Shown: one piece after another, positions 57,679 to 64,000 of the stretch | Position numbering within the stretch: position 1 is the stretch's first letter | Layout: each line of letters opens with the position of its first letter | Assembly: GCA_964580435.1 (NCBI GenBank) | Contig: CAZOKP010000004.1 | Location: 14,824-78,823 of the forward strand | Source of the DNA: an uncultured Eubacteriales bacterium | Lineage (GTDB): Bacteria; Acidobacteriota; Aminicenantia; Aminicenantales; UBA8522 | DNA: 64,000 nt | Direction: 5' to 3' | The notes under the pieces: model-generated | Databases searched by the model: none | Told to the model about the DNA's origin: nothing | Seen by the model: the letters and a program-made list of their open reading frames with translations, nothing else | Made by a program: the position numbers and the translations under genes

Positions 57679-59138
57679 ACCGCGAGCCGCTGATCTTTGA
57701 AATCAGTGCCGAAGGCAAGAGAGCTTTTTGTCTACCTAAGCTCGATGTGCCGGAAGACAAGGAGATTCTGAATAACTTCGCTCTTCGCCGGGACATCGCG
57801 GGCTTTCCCCAGGTCTCCGAGATTGAGGTGGTTCGCCATTTTACCCGCCTCTCTCAGGCCAATTTTTGCATTGACACGGCATTTTATCCATTGGGATCGT
57901 GCACGATGAAGTACAACCCCAAGGTCAACGAGAAAATCGCTCAGATCGGGAGTTTCTTGTTTTCCCATCCCTGCGCGCCTGAAGATTTGGTCCAGGGAAA
58001 TCTCGAAATCCTGAAGACCATGGAAAGCTGGCTATGCGAGATCACCGGGATGGAGGCCTTCACCCTTCAGCCCAGCGCCGGAGCACAGGGCGAGCTCGTG
58101 GGTATGATGCTCATCCATGCTCACCTCCAGGATAAAGGAAATCCCCGAAAGATCGTCCTTATTCCTGATTCGGCCCACGGGACCAATCCTTCGAGCGCGC
58201 ATATCTGCGGCTATCGTGTCCAGGAGATCAAATCGAATGAAAGGGGAACGATCGACCTGGCCGGCCTTGCTCAGCAGATGACAGAGGATGTCGCCGCCCT
58301 GATGATCACGAACCCGAACACGCTCGGCGTCTTTGAATCTGACATCCTCAAGATTGCGGAAATCGTCCACACCAAGGGCGGCCTGGTTTATATGGACGGG
58401 GCAAACATGAACGCCCTGGTGGGGAAATTCAGGCCGGGCGATATGGGCGTTGACGTCATCCACCTCAACCTGCACAAGACATTCTCGACGCCCCATGGCG
58501 GCGGCGGGCCGGGGTCCGGACCCGTCGGCGTTAAAAGGCACCTGGCACCTTATCTTCCCGTTCCGGTGGTGGAGAAAGGCGCTGACGGATACATTTTTGA
58601 TTATTACCGGCCCAAAAGCATCGGCCGCGTCCACAGCTTCTTCGGGAATTTTCTGGTGGTCATCAAAGCCCTGGCCTATATCCGTTCTCTGGGAGCAGAA
58701 GGCTTGAGGGAAATCGCCGAAATCTCCGTCCTGAATTCCAATTATATCCGCGCCGGCTTGGAGGGTGTCTACCATCTCAAGTATTCTGCGCCGACTCTCC
58801 ACGAATGCGTCTTTTCGGACAAGCTCCAGAAGGAGCACGGCGTTCAGAATATCGACATCGCCAAAAGGCTCATCGATTACGGCCTCCATCCGCCGACGAT
58901 GTCCTTCCCGCTGATCGTGCCTGGGGCCTTGATGGTGGAGCCCACCGAGACTGAAACAAAGAAAGACCTAGATGCATTCATCGAGGCCATGAAGAGAATC
59001 GCCCAGGAGGCCAGCGAGGCTCCGGACGTCGTCAAGTCCGCTCCTCAGGGCTCCTATGTCAGAAGATTGGACGAGACAGCGGCGGCGCGAAATCCCGTCT
59101 TAAGATGGGAAGTCGATGAAGAGCGCAAAGAAAAATAA
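57675..59138 (+). CDS. gcvPB: glycine dehydrogenase (decarboxylating) subunit 2
   Basis: 487 aa. PLP-lysine region NLHKTFSTPHGGGGPG. Confidence 0.9.
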   Translation: MNREPLIFEISAEGKRAFCLPKLDVPEDKEILNNFALRRDIAGFPQVSEIEVVRHFTRLSQANFCIDTAFYPLGSCTMKYNPKVNEKIAQIGSFLFSHPCAPEDLVQGNLEILKTMESWLCEITGMEAFTLQPSAGAQGELVGMMLIHAHLQDKGNPRKIVLIPDSAHGTNPSSAHICGYRVQEIKSNERGTIDLAGLAQQMTEDVAALMITNPNTLGVFESDILKIAEIVHTKGGLVYMDGANMNALVGKFRPGDMGVDVIHLNLHKTFSTPHGGGGPGSGPVGVKRHLAPYLPVPVVEKGADGYIFDYYRPKSIGRVHSFFGNFLVVIKALAYIRSLGAEGLREIAEISVLNSNYIRAGLEGVYHLKYSAPTLHECVFSDKLQKEHGVQNIDIAKRLIDYGLHPPTMSFPLIVPGALMVEPTETETKKDLDAFIEAMKRIAQEASEAPDVVKSAPQGSYVRRLDETAAARNPVLRWEVDEERKEK

Positions 59139-59139
59139 A

Positions 59140-59988
59140 ATGTCTCTTCAAAACCTGGTCATGAACTTACAGAAATTCTGGGCCGGCAGAGGCTGCTATC
59201 TGGCCCAGCCATACGACGTCGAAGTGGGCGCCGGGACGATGACGCCGGACACATTTTTCCGTGTCCTCGACCGCAGACCCTGGCGGGTGGCTTATGTTCA
59301 GCCTTCCCGCAGGCCAACGGACGGAAGATACGGAGAGAATCCGCATCGGGTCCAAAAACATTATCAATACCAGGTCATTATCAAGCCGTCCCCTTCGGAT
59401 ATCCAACAGATCTATATCGACAGCCTAGTTTCGTTAGGGGTCAAACTTTCCGAGCATGACCTGCGCTTTGATGAGGATGACTGGGAATCGCCGACGATCG
59501 GGGCCTGGGGCGTCGGCTGGCAGGTGCTGCTCGATGGCCTGGAAATTACCCAGTTTACCTACTTCCAACAGGCCGGCGGGCTTGAGATCTTCCCCGTCCC
59601 CGTAGAGATCACCTATGGGCTGGAACGGCTGGAAATGTTTCTCGAGAGAAAAGACAATTTTTATGATTTGCAGTGGTCCGAGGATGTCTCTTACAGGGAC
59701 CTACGGCTTCGGGAGGAAAAGGAATTTTCTGAATACAACTTTAACCTGGCCGATATTGAGAGGCTGCAAAAATCGTTCGTGTTGGCCGAGCAGGAAGCCG
59801 CTTTCCTTATCGAAAAGAATCTTCTGCTCCCGGCTTACGATATGTGCCTGAAGTGCTCCCATCTGTTTAATCTTTTGGATGCCAGAGGAGCAATCAGCGT
59901 GACCGAAAGGGTCAAGTTGATCGGGCAGATCCGGGCGCTGGTGAATCAAATCGCCCAGAAATATTGCGGCCGCGAGGTTATACCCTGA
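59140..59988 (+). CDS. glyQ: glycine--tRNA ligase alpha subunit
   Basis: Start MSLQNLVMNLQKFWA (ATG 59140, 1 nt after the gcvPB stop). Highly conserved GlyQ sequence (QPSRRPTDGRYGENPHR, EITQFTYFQQ). Confidence 0.9.
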   Translation: MSLQNLVMNLQKFWAGRGCYLAQPYDVEVGAGTMTPDTFFRVLDRRPWRVAYVQPSRRPTDGRYGENPHRVQKHYQYQVIIKPSPSDIQQIYIDSLVSLGVKLSEHDLRFDEDDWESPTIGAWGVGWQVLLDGLEITQFTYFQQAGGLEIFPVPVEITYGLERLEMFLERKDNFYDLQWSEDVSYRDLRLREEKEFSEYNFNLADIERLQKSFVLAEQEAAFLIEKNLLLPAYDMCLKCSHLFNLLDARGAISVTERVKLIGQIRALVNQIAQKYCGREVIP

Positions 59989-62057
59989 TGGAATTTCTTC
60001 TTGAGATCTGCACCGAAGAGATGCCTTCTTCCCATGTCAAAGCAGGACTCGACCAAGTCAAAGAAAAGCTGAACGCTGAACTTTTGGATTCACATGTTGC
60101 CTTCGCCTCGCTTGAAACGTACGGGACGAGCCGCAGAATTGTCGTCGTCGGAGATTTCGCCCCCAACCAGGAGGATAAAGAGCAGATGATCGTGGGGCCT
60201 CCCAAGGCCGTCTCTTTCGGGCCGGATGGTGCTCCTACGGCCGCGGCCAAAGGGTTTGCCAAGGCCCAAAATGTCGAGGTGGAAAAACTCCAGGTCGTCC
60301 AAACGGCCAAAGGAGAATACCTGGGTCTAAGGAGGGTCATCAAAGGAAAACCGACCCGGAAGATTCTGGCAGGAACCCTTCCGTTTATCATTACTTCGCT
60401 CTCTTTTCCCAAGATGATGAGGTGGGGCGAGTCGAATCTTCGTTTCTCGCGTCCGCTAAAATCGATCCTTTGTCTTTTCGGGGGGAAAACTCTTCCGTTC
60501 TCGGTTGGCGAGATCAAATCCAGTGATTTCACGATGGGGCATAAGATCCACTCGCCCCGGAAATTCAAGGTCAGGTCTTTCCGCGAATATAAGGCGCTTT
60601 TAAAGAAAAACAAAGTGATCATCTCGCCGGAAGAGAGGAGGGACCTGATCCTGACACAGATGGAAAAAAAGCTGAACCCGCTCAAGGCAAAACTTTATCT
60701 TGACGAGGAACTTCTGGACAAGCTCGTTCATGATGTTGAGTATCCCTATGTCTTCCTCGGGACATTTCCCCACGAGTACCTCAAGCTGCCCATAGAAGTG
60801 CTCAGCGTGGCGATGAGGGAGGGGCAGAAGCTCTTTTCTGTGGTTCATGACAATATCCAGCTGGCCCACTTTTTGGGAGTGGCAGACACGCCCGGAGACC
60901 CCAAATCCCTGATCCGCAAGGGCAATGAAAGAGTCCTCAAGGCCAGGCTTGAAGACGCAAAGTTTTTCTGGGAGCAGGACTTAAAGATTCCTTTGACCGT
61001 GAGGGCCTCCGGCCTCAGGCAGGTTGTCTTCCAGGAAAAATTAGGGAGCTATGAAGCCAAGACGGCCCGCCTGAAAAGCATCGTCAGCTACCTTTGCGAC
61101 AAGATTGATGAGAACAAGTTAAAAAAGGACGCGGTCCAGGCTGCGGAGCTGTGCAAGGTTGATCTCCTGACGGAAATGGTCAGGGAATTTCCTTCGCTTC
61201 AGGGCAAGGTAGGCGGCCTCTATGCCAAGGCAGAAGGATATCCCGCCGGGGTCGCTCAGGCCATCTACGAGCACTACCAGCCGGTCAGCTTGGAGGATGC
61301 TTCGCCCATCTCTCTGGGCGGGGCGCTAGTCTCTCTCGCCGATAAGATCGATTCTGTTGTCGGGGCCCTGGGCATCGGCCTTCAGGTTTCTGGCTCGAGC
61401 GATCCTTTTAGTCTTCGCCGGAACGCCAACGCGATCTGCAAAATCATCCTTGACAAGAAGCTGGTTTTTTCCCTCGGCCATCTTGTCGAAAAGGCTGTTT
61501 GCGCTTACCAAGACAACCTCAAGAGGCCAAAAGACGATATCGTCGCTTCATGCCGGGCCTTCTTTGAACAGCGGATTCGCTTTATTTTCGAAACCCAGGG
61601 ATACCGTTATGACCTGATCAATGCCGCCCTCGGTGCAGGGATGGATAATGTCTATTATTCAGGGCTCCGGCTGAAAGCCCTTGACAGCCTCAAGAAAAGC
61701 CCCCATTTCGAGCCGCTTATTCTCATGGCCAAAAGGGTCAACAACATCCTGCGGGAATTGCCTCCGTACCAAATCAATGCTGACCTTTTCTCGGAAAAAG
61801 AGGAAAAGGAGATCTTTTCCACTTTTACGATTATCAAAGAGAACGGTTTGCCCTTGATCGAAGGAGGGGACTTTGCCAAAGTGCAAAACATGATCTTTAA
61901 GATGCAGGCTCCTCTGGCGAGTTTCTTCGACCGGGTCCTGGTGATGGCCGAGGATAAGAACACGAGACAGAACCGCCTGGCCCTTCTTCAGGCGATTAGC
62001 GAGCTCCTGCTTCAAGTGGCCGATTATTCTCAGGTTGTCGTCGAAGGGGAGAAGTGA
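59988..62057 (+). CDS. glyS: glycine--tRNA ligase beta subunit
   Basis: Start MEFLLEICTEEMPS (ATG 59988, overlaps the glyQ TGA by 1 nt). 690 aa with typical GlyS N-terminus and C-terminal DALR-like region. Confidence 0.85.
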   Translation: MEFLLEICTEEMPSSHVKAGLDQVKEKLNAELLDSHVAFASLETYGTSRRIVVVGDFAPNQEDKEQMIVGPPKAVSFGPDGAPTAAAKGFAKAQNVEVEKLQVVQTAKGEYLGLRRVIKGKPTRKILAGTLPFIITSLSFPKMMRWGESNLRFSRPLKSILCLFGGKTLPFSVGEIKSSDFTMGHKIHSPRKFKVRSFREYKALLKKNKVIISPEERRDLILTQMEKKLNPLKAKLYLDEELLDKLVHDVEYPYVFLGTFPHEYLKLPIEVLSVAMREGQKLFSVVHDNIQLAHFLGVADTPGDPKSLIRKGNERVLKARLEDAKFFWEQDLKIPLTVRASGLRQVVFQEKLGSYEAKTARLKSIVSYLCDKIDENKLKKDAVQAAELCKVDLLTEMVREFPSLQGKVGGLYAKAEGYPAGVAQAIYEHYQPVSLEDASPISLGGALVSLADKIDSVVGALGIGLQVSGSSDPFSLRRNANAICKIILDKKLVFSLGHLVEKAVCAYQDNLKRPKDDIVASCRAFFEQRIRFIFETQGYRYDLINAALGAGMDNVYYSGLRLKALDSLKKSPHFEPLILMAKRVNNILRELPPYQINADLFSEKEEKEIFSTFTIIKENGLPLIEGGDFAKVQNMIFKMQAPLASFFDRVLVMAEDKNTRQNRLALLQAISELLLQVADYSQVVVEGEK

Positions 62058-62058
62058 C

Positions 62059-62505
62059 CTAGATCTGAAACTCGTCTTTATCCGAGCCGGACGGCTCGCC
62101 GCCCTCATCCTTGTTGTTTTCCAAGAATTTTTGTTCCAGAGCGATGATCTTGACTAGGTTTCCCGGCTGGTTCTGGTCCTTCTTTTCGCCATAGGGGTTG
62201 AATTGGACACCAACTTGATATTTATAGCTTTTCCCTTCGCTCAGGGAGGACCATTTGACGACCCCTTTCATGGTAAAGGGAATTTTTTCACCCGGGACGG
62301 AGATCTTCAAGGAAACATCGGTTGTGGGCCTTAAAGCGTTCTGGGAGAGGAAACGGATACCTCCGCGGCTAATGTCCAAAACGGGGCAGAATTCTTCGAT
62401 AAATCCCGGCTTGGTAAAAAGGATGGATTTCTTTTGATAGTTAACCGTTGCTCCCGGTATCTTAAAGCGCAGGCATGAGCGTTTTTCGATTTCATTTTCG
62501 TTCAT
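62059..62505 (-). CDS. PilZ domain protein (putative c-di-GMP receptor)
   Basis: 148 aa. RxxxR (KRSCLR) and DxSxGG (DISRGGIRF) PilZ motifs. RBS GGGAGGAAAAG before the ATG. Confidence 0.6.
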   Translation of the reverse strand: MNENEIEKRSCLRFKIPGATVNYQKKSILFTKPGFIEEFCPVLDISRGGIRFLSQNALRPTTDVSLKISVPGEKIPFTMKGVVKWSSLSEGKSYKYQVGVQFNPYGEKKDQNQPGNLVKIIALEQKFLENNKDEGGEPSGSDKDEFQI

Positions 62506-62812
62506 GCTTTTCCTCCCTTAAGAATATTTCCGGCTCTGATCCTGGTGCCGTTATCTCTGGTCAAGCCCGCTGCTTTGATCATTCTTCGATTTAAGCATAT
62601 ATATAACAGATTAGGTCAAAAAGTCAAAGCGATTCACCTCCTTTTCGTATCCTATTTAGTCGCTCCTGACTTCCAGGTTTCCTGCGGCTCTCTGGATGAG
62701 GATGGGCGCAGGGGGCAGATGACGTAACAGCCCAGGATCTTTCCTGTTTTTTTCTCGACGATGATCGGAAGCATTTCCAATTCCGTGATAGTCCTATGCT
62801 GATAGAAGGGGA

Positions 62813-62940
62813 GGGTGGCGTGGTTCGGGGCCCCCCGCCACCCCGAGCGTTTGACGCCCCGGCCTTTGGCTCTGGAAACAACATGATTGACCGCAAGGGC
62901 GCCGGGGGTGAACCGCGACAGGACCCGCTCCCATCGCGGA
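62813..62940 (+). other. conserved GC-rich upstream element, copy B
   Basis: GGGTGGCGTGGTTCGGGGCCCCCCGCCACCCCGAGCGTTTGACGCC...CCGCAAGGGCGCCGGGGGTGAACCGCGACAGGACCCG. Begins 214 nt before the ATG at 63027. Followed by TTGACA (62973), a 17-nt spacer, then TAAGAT (62996). Confidence 0.5.
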
Positions 62941-63026
62941 AATAAAGGTGCAATCATGATGATCTCGACGAATTGACATAAATATGAACTTTTTTTAAGA
63001 TTTGGCATCGACAAAGGAGGATGATC

Positions 63027-64000
63027 ATGTTATGCCGGCACAACCAATTTAGGTCAGGCGCCCTTATGGGAATCTTGAGTATGGCTGCTTTTATCCTTGT
63101 CACCTCACTTGCGGCTCAGAAGACAGCGCTGCCAAAGCGGGTTCAATCGACTGACTCTGCCTTAAGGATTAAAGGTTATGAAACACAGCTGGAGATGCTG
63201 AAGAATTCGCCGTTTAACAAGCTCGAATGGAGTCATCTCGGGCCGATTAATGTCAGTGGAAGGTCAATTGACATCGCTGTCGTCGGCCCCAAAGGCAAGA
63301 ACTACACAATTTATGTAGCGACGGCATCAGGCGGGCTCTGGAAGACAGTCAATGAAGGTACGACCTGGGAACCCGTCTTCGACCGAGCGCCGTCCACAGC
63401 GATCGGCGACGTGACCATCGCTCCTTCCAATCCTGAGATCGTCTGGATCGGGACCGGCGAGGCCAATATCTTCAGGAGTTCACAGGCCGGGTGCGGCGTT
63501 TACAAATCCGTGGATGGAGGCAAGACTTGGCAGCATATGGGATTGACCGACACCTATACCATTCCGCGTATTGTTATAAACCCGGAAAATCCCGATATCG
63601 TCTACGTGGCTGCTTCCGGGCATGAATGGACGGATAATCCCGAGCGCGGCATTTATAAAACCACAGACGGCGGGACAACTTGGGCCAAGGTTCTGTTTAT
63701 CGATGAAAAGACAGGCGCCGTTGACTTGATCATGGACCCGTCCAATAGCAATACGCTCTATGCAGCGACGTGGCAGAGGATGCGGCTGAAGTGGAATGAT
63801 CCACGCAATTTCCCCGGCTATTCGAAGAGCGGTATATACAAAACAACAGACGGTGGAAAGACCTGGAAGCTCATTGTTGCCGGGCTTCCGGAGGCGCGAT
63901 ACAGAGGCCGGATCGGAATCGATGTCTGTCGGAAGAACCCGAATGTCCTCTATGCCTTTGTCGATAACTATGAAGCATCGGCGCAACCTAAACGGGAAGA
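63027..64000 (+). CDS. secreted BNR/Asp-box repeat protein (sortilin/Ycf48-like beta-propeller), 3' end beyond the window
   Basis: My own translation of the open frame (not in the ORF track because no stop lies within the window): MLCRHNQFRSGALMGILSMAAFILVTSLAAQ... with repeated S/T-x-D-G-G-x-T-W Asp-box motifs (YKSVDGGKTWQ, YKTTDGGTTWA, YKTTDGGKTWK). RBS AAGGAGG 6 nt before the ATG. Confidence 0.65.
   Translation, partial: MLCRHNQFRSGALMGILSMAAFILVTSLAAQKTALPKRVQSTDSALRIKGYETQLEMLKNSPFNKLEWSHLGPINVSGRSIDIAVVGPKGKNYTIYVATASGGLWKTVNEGTTWEPVFDRAPSTAIGDVTIAPSNPEIVWIGTGEANIFRSSQAGCGVYKSVDGGKTWQHMGLTDTYTIPRIVINPENPDIVYVAASGHEWTDNPERGIYKTTDGGTTWAKVLFIDEKTGAVDLIMDPSNSNTLYAATWQRMRLKWNDPRNFPGYSKSGIYKTTDGGKTWKLIVAGLPEARYRGRIGIDVCRKNPNVLYAFVDNYEASAQPKRE

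Noticed and set aside
63480-63986. 168-aa minus-strand ORF at the right edge
   Set aside because: Antisense to the BNR-repeat gene, whose Asp-box repeats identify the plus frame as coding.

Overview
The window is 64 kb of high-GC (about 58%) bacterial chromosome, densely coded and apparently free of mobile elements and CRISPR arrays. The gene content suggests an uncultivated Gram-negative lineage: a TonB-dependent receptor, a GldA/F/G-like ABC system, and PEGA/FGE-domain Ser/Thr kinases of the kind seen in Acidobacteria, Planctomycetes and Myxobacteria.

Reading left to right, the main blocks are:
- **1-1641:** the 3' part of kdgK, then eda.
- **1654-10248:** three consecutive zinc-ribbon Ser/Thr protein kinases. 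Kinases 2 and 3 are tandem duplicates with a C-terminal PEGA, FGE-sulfatase-like and alpha/beta-hydrolase extension.
- **10257-21914:** a transport and peptide-handling block with a CocE/NonD peptidase-like hydrolase, an MFS transporter, a TonB-dependent receptor-like outer membrane protein, a TAT-signal DUF362 protein, a nitroreductase, the PmbA/TldD pair, and a flippase-like membrane protein.
- **21993-32052:** a carbohydrate and housekeeping block with a GH78 alpha-L-rhamnosidase, a pirin, a nucleobase-type permease, serS followed directly by two tRNA-Ser genes, and a large GH106-like glycoside hydrolase.
- **32062-41527:** conserved hypotheticals (YhhN, DUF2461, DUF1846), a secreted esterase-like protein, ogt with an ATL-like neighbour, and a tight cluster of small hypothetical genes.
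- **41868-45742:** two tandem secreted DUF3857/transglutaminase-like proteins, one with and one without the catalytic Cys.
- **45755-54532 (minus strand):** a hypothetical, mutY, DUF4340, GldG, GldF and GldA-like ABC genes with ATGA overlaps, and argS.
- **54644-62057:** a contiguous gcvT-gcvH-gcvPA-gcvPB-glyQ-glyS array.
- **62059-64000:** a PilZ gene and the 5' part of a secreted BNR-repeat protein.

The most unusual non-coding signals are:
- A conserved GC-rich element of about 120 nt present twice (41652-41780 and 62813-62940). Each copy sits at the same distance (214-216 nt) upstream of the start codon of a plus-strand gene for a secreted repeat protein, and each is followed by a TTGAC-type -35 box.
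- A 153-bp nested inverted-repeat structure at 33474-33626, in the divergent DUF2461/DUF1846 intergenic region.
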